34,903 bases of DNA, taken from IMG/VR virus record IMGVR_UViG_3300022187_000010. One strand, written 5' to 3'. Below, one piece after another: positions 7,505-15,207 of this stretch. Numbering within the stretch: position 1 is the first letter of the stretch; each line of letters starts with the position of its first letter. The DNA comes from a virus. The notes beneath the pieces are model-generated. The model had not been told where the DNA came from and searched no databases. It saw nothing but the letters and a program-made list of their open reading frames with translations. The position numbers and the translations under genes were made by a program.

Positions 7505-9388
7505 TTATTGTTTCTCTATTAGTTCTTGCCTCCAGACGTGTCTGCAACTTGGTGATATTACACCGTCTCTATTCCAGAAGCCACCACGTCTTAACCATAC
7601 GTTATGCCCTACTATTGCGCTCATCTGGTCTATATCTTCTTTTGAATATACCCTACCTAAAGAAATTAAGCGTCTGCAAAAATCCCTACTTCCTGGTATA
7701 ATGTCTCCACCACTTGCACTTGCCCTCTTTACATATCTATAAACTATTTCAAAGTCTACTGTTGCTGCTTGCTTTTCACCCTCTTCTGTTAATTCTCTAG
7801 ATGGTTCTTCTGTGTCGCTTGGTATTTCATCAGGTATATCTATTTCCTTAACATCTATTAGCCCTTCGTTTGCTAATCTATTTAAGCTCTCTGCAACCGT
7901 TTTTAAGTCCGTATTCAAAGCCTCCGCTATACTATCTGCTGTGATGGTAGGATTGTTCTTTAAAACGCCTAATACTTGCTTATCAAAGTCCGTAACTTCA
8001 AAGTTCATTCTAAAAGAATCCTCATCTATGTTGACCTCGTCACCACTAAAATCTAACTCTTTTGAGTATTTACAATTTATCCCTTTAGCAGGTCTACCCA
8101 TTTTCTCTAGTAAACTAAATAGTAGTTCTTCTTCCTTGTCATCTTTAGACATTTGGGTAACCGTTTGTGTTACGGTTTCACTTTTAACCTCAAGTCCTGC
8201 CTTTTCTGCTAGTTGACTTAAATAATCAGAACCTAGTGCTGTTGCAATTTGTATAACCGCTGTCTCGCTAAATTGCTCTGTAATCGGATCAACTCTATCT
8301 AAGTAAACCGCATCCGTATTATATAGGTCTGATATAACACCGTTTAAGATTCTTTGACGTGAAGAAACGTAGGTACTTTGGAATACTTCCATCTTCTCTA
8401 CTATCTCCGTTCTATTCCCGAATGGTTGGTCTGTCTCAACTCCAAAAAGATTTGGCGATACCACACGATGACCCGTGAATATCATGTTTCTAGTCTGGTC
8501 TAGAAGTTGCATGAATTGCTTATCGAAGTTGTTAGGCATTAAAGATTCTACCCTTGTCTCACCCTCGCCCTCTTGTTGCCATTGCAATATAACTCCACCG
8601 CCTTGTTTAGCGTCTGTACCTTGAAACTTCTTAGCAAAGTCTTTCTCTATCTTTTTAGCTGTAGCGTCACCTGGATATTGACCACTAAAGATAATCATGT
8701 TCCCCGCTTGGAATCCGTTGTGCAAGTTGTTTAAGTGGTAGTCTGCAATTCTATAATCTATCTCAATATAAGGAACTGCACCCACGTACTCTGGTAACGT
8801 GTAGTGTTCTTTACCCGCTCTGTGCTGAACATGGTAGTATAATTGACTACCTTTTTTAGTTTCAGGATTATACTTAGCAAATGTCTTAAACCCTGCTTCT
8901 ATATCCTTGTCTGTGCCTTTGTAGTGCTTCGTCCAATCAGGTGAATAAGCAAACTCCTCACCGTCTTTAGATACTCTAATCTTACTAGCATCTACATGGT
9001 ATAAATCAAACTTGCCGTTAGGCTTCCATATAACCTCTAACGCTATGATATTAAATAACTCAAAGTCTAACGCTGCTTTCAACATGATACTTTCTAAGCC
9101 CTCATCTGGATTAGCCTTTTTTATCATGCCTTGTATTTCGGCTACGTCTTGGACATTCTTTACTTTAGCGTCATCTACTCTAAGCCCCTCTCCTGCGATA
9201 TAATGAACCTTACCAGTAATTATACTATTGTGGGTTGCTGAACGGTCATATAACTCAATTAAACGCTGTGGATACATATTGTCATGTCCGAACTGTACCC
9301 AGTCGCTATTCTTTAATTCCTTGAACTCTGGAATATCACAAGCATTTAACTGTATGAATATCGGCTTATTTTGATTTTCTTCACTCAT
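7505..9388 (-). CDS. Portal protein with a C-terminal extension (wHTH-like segment, acidic linker, Mu F/SPP1 gp7-like cysteine motif domain)
   Basis: 627 aa. The portal call for the first ~460 aa rests on size and module context only; I recognise no portal motif by eye. The last 165 aa (7505..8002) contain QVLGVLKNNPTITADSIAEALNTDLKTVAESLNRLANEGLI and SRDFCRRL..GRVY...SPSCRHVW. Confidence 0.6.
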   Translation of the reverse strand: MSEENQNKPIFIQLNACDIPEFKELKNSDWVQFGHDNMYPQRLIELYDRSATHNSIITGKVHYIAGEGLRVDDAKVKNVQDVAEIQGMIKKANPDEGLESIMLKAALDFELFNIIALEVIWKPNGKFDLYHVDASKIRVSKDGEEFAYSPDWTKHYKGTDKDIEAGFKTFAKYNPETKKGSQLYYHVQHRAGKEHYTLPEYVGAVPYIEIDYRIADYHLNNLHNGFQAGNMIIFSGQYPGDATAKKIEKDFAKKFQGTDAKQGGGVILQWQQEGEGETRVESLMPNNFDKQFMQLLDQTRNMIFTGHRVVSPNLFGVETDQPFGNRTEIVEKMEVFQSTYVSSRQRILNGVISDLYNTDAVYLDRVDPITEQFSETAVIQIATALGSDYLSQLAEKAGLEVKSETVTQTVTQMSKDDKEEELLFSLLEKMGRPAKGINCKYSKELDFSGDEVNIDEDSFRMNFEVTDFDKQVLGVLKNNPTITADSIAEALNTDLKTVAESLNRLANEGLIDVKEIDIPDEIPSDTEEPSRELTEEGEKQAATVDFEIVYRYVKRASASGGDIIPGSRDFCRRLISLGRVYSKEDIDQMSAIVGHNVWLRRGGFWNRDGVISPSCRHVWRQELIEKQ

Positions 9389-9771
9389 TATTCAGGTGTA
9401 TATTGAATATCTATATTGTTGTCTAAGGCTGTATAATCTACGTCACTTGAAGCTGTTGGATCTACAACTAAAACTCTACCACTTTCCACTATTTCATCTG
9501 CTAGACTAGGGTCTGTATTACTTGAACTTGTTTGAGCGTAGATAATGTACGTCCATTGTCCTGCATCTTTTAACTCTACGTCTGTACCCTCAACTATTGT
9601 AAAAAGATTGTATCTACTTACAGCGCATGACGTATCGGTAGATAAGAAGTTCTTAACTAGATTAGTCTGCACGTTTTTAAAAGAAAACAAGTAATAAGGG
9701 TTACTTATTGTCGTTTTCTCCGTTAGTGTCAGTGCTACCTTGTTGCTCTGTGTCTGGTAAATTAATATCAC
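9388..9771 (-). CDS. Hypothetical virion-module protein (GTG start, or expressed as a fusion with the upstream ORF)
   Basis: 127-aa ORF with no internal Met. The only canonical start is GTG at 9771, which lies 71 nt inside the upstream ORF. Confidence 0.55.
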   Translation of the reverse strand: MILIYQTQSNKVALTLTEKTTISNPYYLFSFKNVQTNLVKNFLSTDTSCAVSRYNLFTIVEGTDVELKDAGQWTYIIYAQTSSSNTDPSLADEIVESGRVLVVDPTASSDVDYTALDNNIDIQYTPE

Positions 9772-9955
9772 TCTTTTTTTTACGTCTTTTTGTTTTAGGG
9801 AATGTCATTTTTTTAGGCTCTGACTTAAAAATATGGTCCAAGCCATACGCTCGATAAGTTGCGTACATTTCGGGCTTATCTTCTATCGTAACAGTCTGTG
9901 TTATTCCCTTTTTACGAATAGTAATTGTTGCCCCTATCCACTTTTTATCTATCAT
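9701..9955 (-). CDS. Hypothetical basic-tailed protein (start re-set to ATG 9955, MIDKKW...)
   Basis: The ORF-track start at 9997 lies inside a terminator U-run, and the conserved promoter element occupies 9956..9987. ATG 9955 directly follows that element. Confidence 0.5.
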   Translation of the reverse strand: MIDKKWIGATITIRKKGITQTVTIEDKPEMYATYRAYGLDHIFKSEPKKMTFPKTKRRKKKSDINLPDTEQQGSTDTNGENDNK

Positions 9956-9987
9956 ATTAATAAATATAAATACTTGTTTTTGTAACA
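9956..9987 (-). promoter_or_regulatory. Conserved promoter-like element, copy B: TGTTAC-N13-TATATTTAT-TAAT
   Basis: One of four copies with identical 13-nt spacing. It lies immediately 3' of a strong terminator and abuts ATG 9955. Confidence 0.6.
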
Positions 9988-9997
9988 TATTGAACAT

Positions 9998-10021
9998 AAA
10001 AAAAGGGGCTTAATAGCCCCC
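9998..10021 (-). terminator. Rho-independent terminator after the capsid/tube-like gene pair
   Basis: Minus strand reads GGGGCT-ATTA-AGCCCC followed by TTTTTTT. Confidence 0.8.
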
Positions 10022-10043
10022 TTTAAACTAACTAAAAGATATA

Positions 10044-10559
10044 TTATAGAAGTCCGCTAATAATAGTACTGTCAACTTGTGGGGCTGGTAGTTTCTCTTT
10101 ACCTCCCATCTCAATAGTAAACCCGTTCATATCTTCTACCATTATTCCAGACTGATATGCAGTAGTACCTGTCATTTGAAGTCCACCGTCTGCACCTAGC
10201 ATATAGTACTCTCCAGCAAAGTTTTGAACTATGGCAATACCTGTTAATTTCGCTAATGCTAAAACTTCTGCTATCTCAGTAGTAGTTCGCTTATGCATCT
10301 TTAGTCTTAACAACTGCTCAAAAGCGATAGTACGGTTCTCAGTAGACCCTACGAAAGTCTCACCCCAGTCACTATCTTGATGCTGTACTTCGTACTGCTT
10401 GAATACAACCGAACTAGCCAACGTAATAGACGTTACTAATCCAGCAGCATTTTTAGCATATGCAGAAACATCGTCAAACTCTACTAAGTAAACAGTCTTT
10501 ACACCACCGCTTGACTTATTACAGTCTAAAGTATATCCGCTTAATGTTACACAACTCAT
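10044..10559 (-). CDS. Abundant virion protein, tail-tube-like (a decoration protein is the alternative)
   Basis: 171 aa, beta-rich (GGVKTVYLVEF...), immediately after the major capsid gene and bracketed by a stem-loop and a strong terminator. Function is not recognisable with certainty. Confidence 0.4.
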   Translation of the reverse strand: MSCVTLSGYTLDCNKSSGGVKTVYLVEFDDVSAYAKNAAGLVTSITLASSVVFKQYEVQHQDSDWGETFVGSTENRTIAFEQLLRLKMHKRTTTEIAEVLALAKLTGIAIVQNFAGEYYMLGADGGLQMTGTTAYQSGIMVEDMNGFTIEMGGKEKLPAPQVDSTIISGLL

Positions 10560-10576
10560 ATTAATTATTTTAAATA

Positions 10577-10600
10577 AGCAGAGGGAACTAACCCCCTGCT
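10577..10600 (-). terminator. Strong stem-loop between the capsid and tube-like genes (attenuator or mRNA stabiliser)
   Basis: Minus strand reads AGCAGGGGG-TTAGTT-CCCTCTGCT, a 9-bp stem with one G-U pair. It is followed by TATTTAAAAT, which is not a clean U-run. Confidence 0.4.
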
Positions 10601-10613
10601 ATTACTTCTTATC

Positions 10614-11531
10614 TTACTCTGCGTAGTAAACTACAAACTCAGGGAACGCAAACTGAACACCGATCTTAAATTCGATTTTAAGCTTATGGATGTCGTCATC
10701 TTCGCTAAACCATAGCTTCCAGCTCTCCTCTTCATTTTCTAGGTCAGTCCCGAGATACATATTCTCTCTGTAAGAGATAACGATTCTGTTCTGACCGTTC
10801 AAACCGTTAACTACTACGATAGGAATGTTAGTGTATAAAATCATACCGTCAATACCATCTTTAGGCTCTACCCATCTGTTATTAAGGTCAAATACCTCTT
10901 TTTGGTATTGATCAAACCAATCTCTACCCATGAAGCAAACTAAATCGTTTCTCTCTCTGATTGCTACTGGTACGTCTTTAGCTAATTGATAAAGTACAGT
11001 AATCTCGTTACCTGTAAATGCAGTACCACTAGATGAACGTACAGTAGTAGATGTGTCGTCAATCAACTTGTTAAACCCATCACATAAAGCTAAGTTACCT
11101 AACCCTGTGCTAGTATTTCCCTGCCAGATTAACTTCTCAACTTCAAAAGCCATGTTTGCCATTAAGTCGTCTAAGAAAATTTGCGGTAAGTCTGTTTCAT
11201 CATATGTAGAACCTGGAGTTAATAACTTCTGAGTGAATTTAGCCTCTAAAGACTTCATACAGTAGTTCTTATTTACCTTGATTTTACACACTGAAATAGT
11301 ACGTTGTGTGATAGTATCATCACCTGCTGCGAGAAAACCACAAGATCCACCCGCTTGGAAAGTAACTGTGCTATCTACTAAGTTAATTGTCTCTGCTGAT
11401 TTGATACCAGTTTGGATAGTAACATACTCCATTGTTCTCGCACCTGCTACCGCCTTTGCGATTAATTCCGCTGGCTCTTCTGTATAGTTGCCTAAAGCGG
11501 AAACGTCAAAATTAAAATCTAACTTTTTCAT
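10614..11531 (-). CDS. Major capsid protein (HK97-fold family)
   Basis: 305 aa. It follows the scaffold with a TAATG overlap and sits in the order protease-scaffold-capsid. Composition and length are typical. Confidence 0.7.
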   Translation of the reverse strand: MKKLDFNFDVSALGNYTEEPAELIAKAVAGARTMEYVTIQTGIKSAETINLVDSTVTFQAGGSCGFLAAGDDTITQRTISVCKIKVNKNYCMKSLEAKFTQKLLTPGSTYDETDLPQIFLDDLMANMAFEVEKLIWQGNTSTGLGNLALCDGFNKLIDDTSTTVRSSSGTAFTGNEITVLYQLAKDVPVAIRERNDLVCFMGRDWFDQYQKEVFDLNNRWVEPKDGIDGMILYTNIPIVVVNGLNGQNRIVISYRENMYLGTDLENEEESWKLWFSEDDDIHKLKIEFKIGVQFAFPEFVVYYAE

Positions 11532-12196
11532 TATTTTTTGTATTTTCTAAATGCTGCTTTGATTCCGTTCAAAGTGGCAACTTTGCCTACGCTAGTTTTT
11601 GGTGCTTGTGTTGGTTTGTCTGCGCTAAAATCCATAAGCACCTCGATAGCTTCTAGCACGTTGTTATTAAATTCTTTTGATTCGTTTTTGTAAGCATTGA
11701 ACTCAGATGCTAACTTTTCGTTTGCTTCTGTTAATTCTTTAATCTTACTTTCATACTCTTCTTTTGCTTCTGCAAATTTGCGCTCTACTTCTGTGCGCTC
11801 TATTACAGTTTTAGGAGATGGTACTGCTGCTGGTGTTGGCGTTTCTGCATCCATAACCTCTTCTGTCTCTACTTCACCCTCTGGCATGATAACCTCTGTG
11901 ATAAGTCCACCAACTGTTACGATAACTGTACCGTCAGCAAGTTCGTGACTAGCATCTTCTACTGGTACTATCTCACCATCTGCTGCAACTGTTACGGCTG
12001 CCCCAACTTCTACTGCTGGTTCAATCATAATAGGTGTACCATCTGAAAGAGTAGCATCAATAAATTTGCTTGTAGTTTCTTCTGTGGCTGGTGCTTCAAC
12101 GTCAGACATAGCAGAGTTAAATGCTTCTTTAAACTCCCCACGCTTATCAGCAGGAACGTCTAAGAACAATTCTTTAAGTCTGTCTTTAAAACCCAT
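11531..12196 (-). CDS. Scaffolding protein
   Basis: 221 aa, highly acidic, Ala/Glu/Val-rich, with a helical C-terminus. It lies between the protease and the capsid gene. Confidence 0.6.
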   Translation of the reverse strand: MGFKDRLKELFLDVPADKRGEFKEAFNSAMSDVEAPATEETTSKFIDATLSDGTPIMIEPAVEVGAAVTVAADGEIVPVEDASHELADGTVIVTVGGLITEVIMPEGEVETEEVMDAETPTPAAVPSPKTVIERTEVERKFAEAKEEYESKIKELTEANEKLASEFNAYKNESKEFNNNVLEAIEVLMDFSADKPTQAPKTSVGKVATLNGIKAAFRKYKK

Positions 12197-12216
12197 ATTA
12201 TTAATAATTTTTAGTT

Positions 12217-12248
12217 ACTAATAAATATAAGTTTGGAATGTTGTAACA
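12217..12248 (-). promoter_or_regulatory. Conserved promoter-like element, copy C: TGTTAC-N13-TATATTTAT-TAGT
   Basis: Same bipartite element and spacing as the other copies, 20 nt upstream of the scaffold ATG. Confidence 0.6.
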
Positions 12249-12262
12249 ATTTTGTATATTTG
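12232..12262 (+). promoter_or_regulatory. Plus-strand Bacteroidota-consensus promoter candidate: TTTG-N19-TATATTTG
   Basis: Exact match to the -33 TTTG / -7 TAnnTTTG pattern with a 19-nt spacer. It is arranged back-to-back and interleaved with minus-strand copy C. Confidence 0.35.
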
Positions 12263-12268
12263 AAGTGT

Positions 12269-12345
12269 TAAGGGAAGTGACAAAACCTTTAATGATGCAT
12301 TACGGAAGAGGGATAGCGAAGTATAGTAACTACCCTCTTTTTTTT
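12269..12345 (+). ncRNA. Candidate ~75-nt small RNA on the strand opposite to all genes
   Basis: Bounded by the plus-strand promoter candidate and a plus-sense stem-loop plus T8 terminator. Lies in a 147-nt intergenic gap. Confidence 0.3.
12306..12345 (+). terminator. Stem-loop followed by T8 in the plus sense (in the minus sense it is preceded by A8 and has no U-run)
   Basis: AAGAGGGATAG ... CTACCCTCTT, about 10 bp with one bulge, followed by TTTTTTTT. Overlaps the protease stop codon. Confidence 0.45.
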
Positions 12346-12943
12346 ATGCCTTAAACTCTGACTTAATGATACTTTTAATTTCCTTTAGTATCTTATCTTC
12401 TTTAGTCTCTTCTACTAAGACTTGGTCAAATAAACCTTCTACACTGAATCCTTTTAACTCACCTGTCTTAACGTAGTCATTCCAAAGTCTATCGTTGTCT
12501 ATTTTCATTACACCGTACCATGTACCCTCTGGGTTGTCAAAGCCTTTAGGGTCTGTTATTCCCATTTGTGAATCTGTTATAAAATCACTCACTAAGTAAA
12601 CGTCTGACATCTTCATCTCAGGATCGTGCATTAAGTTTACGTTCCTTTCAAAGCCCGACCTATGATACTTATAGTTGATTTGTCTAATGGTGTCTTTAGA
12701 GAAATATACGTAGAAGTCTCCACGCTCCTCTGAGTATCTGTATATCTTTAAGTCTGGAATCATTAAAGCCCCCATAACTAATCTGCGGTCTTTATCCGCT
12801 GTCTTGAAAACCATCTTAGGCTTCTCTTCATTGAACGCCATAAAGTTTTTCATAATTGCAGGGGTGTCAACTAATGCTATGTAATCTACACCACTTTCAT
12901 CATGGTCGTTAATTACTATCTCGTATACTTCTACCTTTTCCAT
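12344..12943 (-). CDS. XkdF-like phage serine protease (prohead protease candidate)
   Basis: 199 aa. DYIALVDTPAI, NLMHD and KGFSVEGLF match the XkdF-like domain pattern. It lies upstream of scaffold and capsid. Confidence 0.65.
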   Translation of the reverse strand: MEKVEVYEIVINDHDESGVDYIALVDTPAIMKNFMAFNEEKPKMVFKTADKDRRLVMGALMIPDLKIYRYSEERGDFYVYFSKDTIRQINYKYHRSGFERNVNLMHDPEMKMSDVYLVSDFITDSQMGITDPKGFDNPEGTWYGVMKIDNDRLWNDYVKTGELKGFSVEGLFDQVLVEETKEDKILKEIKSIIKSEFKA

Positions 12944-12975
12944 ACTTATAAATATAATATCGTGTTATTGTAACT
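12944..12975 (-). promoter_or_regulatory. Conserved promoter-like element, copy D: AGTTAC-N13-TATATTTAT-AAGT
   Basis: Same element and spacing as the other copies. It overlaps the stop of the upstream gene and abuts ATG 12943. Confidence 0.55.
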
Positions 12976-15205
12976 ACTCTACTACTGTTGCTTGTGATTG
13001 TATTTGGCTAATCCCTTGTTGGGTACTTGTTATATCGCTCTCTACTACTACCACTTTATTAACCTCTCTTTCTGGTTGTCCGTTGCCTATTAGTGTACTA
13101 CCGTTCTGTACTGCGTTAATAGGTACTCCTGCACCTGCTACTCCTCCACCAGCAGACGATGATAGGTTAGATACGTTAGGGCTTGGCCTTTTTAATAGTG
13201 CTGCTGCTTGTGCCATGTTGGCTAGTATAGTCGCTATACCGCTTGCAAACTGCGCTGCACCTGCGCCACCTACCGTAACAGCGTTTAATGGGTTTGCTTG
13301 TGATGCTGCTACCAATGCACTAATTGCTTTTGCTGTATCTATTGCTATCTGTGCTAGTGCAAATGCTTTTTGTATCTTTTCAGCTTTTTGACTATCCTTT
13401 ATTGCTATTTGAGTTAAACTAGATAAACCTGCTACTGTGCTTTCTGCTACACTTAACTTAGCATCTCTAGTGTCTTTCTCTAACTGTATATCTTTTAGCT
13501 TTTGATCTGTGTTTGCTGCATCCTCTTCATCTCTATACTTTTTGTTGATTGCTGCTAGTTCTTCTTTCTGAGCTTTCTCAAGTTCCGCAGTATCTAACCC
13601 GTATTGTTTAGCTATTTCTATTAACCTAAAATACTTATCTTGTACCTGTGTTATTTCCCTTTCTTCATTACTAAGACTTTTTTGGTACCTCTCTTCATCT
13701 AGTTGTTCTAGTTCATTCTGAAATTCTTGCTGTTGCTCTCGTTCTCTTTGCCTTCTTTCTCTTTCTCTTGCTAGTCTATCTTCTTCCTTTTTATTTTCCT
13801 TCTCTTCTTTTTTCTTTCTATCGTCTTCGGCTTTTTTGTCTGCAGCTTCTTTTGCTTTCCTTGCCTCTTCTGCTGCTCTTTTAGCTGCGTCATTACGCCT
13901 CTTGTCTTCCTTTATTTGGTTTAATTCTCTAGTCTGGGCGGCTTCCTTGCTCGCTTCCTCAACCTCGTCTAATTCCTTCTGCTTTTGATCTATTCTATAT
14001 TGAGAGACTTGTTGGTATGCATTAAACTCTTGTTTGCCATTTCGTGTCCAAATTTCAACTGATTGCCCAGCTGACTTTTCTAATTGCTCCTTCTCAAAAG
14101 CTATTTGATCTTGTAGTGCTTCTTTTTGCCTTGCAAGTGAATCTAATACATACCCTAGTTTCTCCTGCTCTACATCAAATGTAGCTTGACCTGCTGCTTG
14201 TAGTTTGGCTATCTCAAAATCATACGCATCACTTCTTGCTTGTCGCTTCTCTTGCTCTGCTTGTATAACGGCATCTGTTTTTTTACGCTCCTCTGCTACA
14301 ACTGCCTGTCTAGCCTTATCTGCTGCATCGGCTTGTGCTTTTGCTGCTCTCTCTGCTGCGCTTGGTATAAGCCCTAGATTTGCTGCTACTTCTTCTACTG
14401 CATCTGATACAAAATCAAAGGCATCTATTAACGGCTGTAGTATCGGCATTACCACCGACTTAATCTTATCACTAAAGGCAATAAATCCTGCTACTAGCAA
14501 TCCTATGGCTGTTACAATCAATCCAATAGGGTTGGCACTCATCGCCACGTTTAAAACCCTCTGCGCTACCGCTGCCTTATTAGTCCACAATGTTTTAGCC
14601 TTAGTTAAGGCTAACATCGCTTTCTCTTTAGCTTCTTTAGCAACAAGTACAAGGGTAGATTCTTTTTCTAAGTTTTTACGTATGGTTTCAATCCCTACTA
14701 ACGCTGCTTGTGCGCCTTGAAGTTTTACTAATGTCTGTTGTAACTCTTCATTCTCTACACCCATCATTGCAGTTATACCCTGAAAAGCTGTAAACCCACC
14801 TAATACAGAAGTACCTAAATCTAATGCTGCTTGGAGTTTATATCCATCATTCGCAAGTCGCTTAGTTTCGTTCTGAATATCTACATACCTATCTCTTAAT
14901 TGTGCAGCTTCTTGTAATGCTTTTTTACCTACTGGCGTATTTCTACCCGCTTCTAATGCTATCGCTTGATACTCTTGTATCTGTTGATTCATTTTACGGA
15001 CATTGATAGGGGCTTCTTTAACTGTTTTATTTAGTTGATTTAACCTTTGCTCAAATGACTGTTCACTTTTCTCTGCTTTCTTCGTTTCCTCGTTTAGTTC
15101 TTTCGTTTCTTTAGAAAGACTATCCATAGCCTGAGCCATTTCCTTTGCAGAAACTTGAGCCTGTTTAGTGTTAAAGTCTAATTCTATTCCTATCTTCTTA
15201 GCCAT
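12974..15205 (-). CDS. Tape-measure-like protein (long coiled coil with central TM segments and a Gly/Ala-rich C-terminus)
   Basis: 743 aa. Hydrophobic core NPIGLIVTAIGLLVAGFIAF, a K/E/R-rich coiled coil, and an Ala/Gly-rich tail. Confidence 0.55.
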   Translation of the reverse strand: MAKKIGIELDFNTKQAQVSAKEMAQAMDSLSKETKELNEETKKAEKSEQSFEQRLNQLNKTVKEAPINVRKMNQQIQEYQAIALEAGRNTPVGKKALQEAAQLRDRYVDIQNETKRLANDGYKLQAALDLGTSVLGGFTAFQGITAMMGVENEELQQTLVKLQGAQAALVGIETIRKNLEKESTLVLVAKEAKEKAMLALTKAKTLWTNKAAVAQRVLNVAMSANPIGLIVTAIGLLVAGFIAFSDKIKSVVMPILQPLIDAFDFVSDAVEEVAANLGLIPSAAERAAKAQADAADKARQAVVAEERKKTDAVIQAEQEKRQARSDAYDFEIAKLQAAGQATFDVEQEKLGYVLDSLARQKEALQDQIAFEKEQLEKSAGQSVEIWTRNGKQEFNAYQQVSQYRIDQKQKELDEVEEASKEAAQTRELNQIKEDKRRNDAAKRAAEEARKAKEAADKKAEDDRKKKEEKENKKEEDRLARERERRQREREQQQEFQNELEQLDEERYQKSLSNEEREITQVQDKYFRLIEIAKQYGLDTAELEKAQKEELAAINKKYRDEEDAANTDQKLKDIQLEKDTRDAKLSVAESTVAGLSSLTQIAIKDSQKAEKIQKAFALAQIAIDTAKAISALVAASQANPLNAVTVGGAGAAQFASGIATILANMAQAAALLKRPSPNVSNLSSSAGGGVAGAGVPINAVQNGSTLIGNGQPEREVNKVVVVESDITSTQQGISQIQSQATVVE

Positions 15206-15207
15206 AA

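Noticed and set aside
9956-9997. N-terminal 14 codons of the track ORF 9701..9997 (MFNMLQKQVFIFIN).
   Set aside because: The ATG at 9997 sits in the U-run of the terminator, and these codons coincide with conserved promoter copy B. Copy A shows a similar pseudo-peptide that is not in frame with its gene. The start was moved to ATG 9955.
13690-13960. Purine- and pyrimidine-rich low-complexity stretch with short internal repeats.
   Set aside because: It encodes the K/E/R-rich coiled coil of the tape-measure-like protein (..KKAEDDRKKKEEKENKKEEDRLARERERRQRERE..). This is a compositional repeat, not a discrete element.
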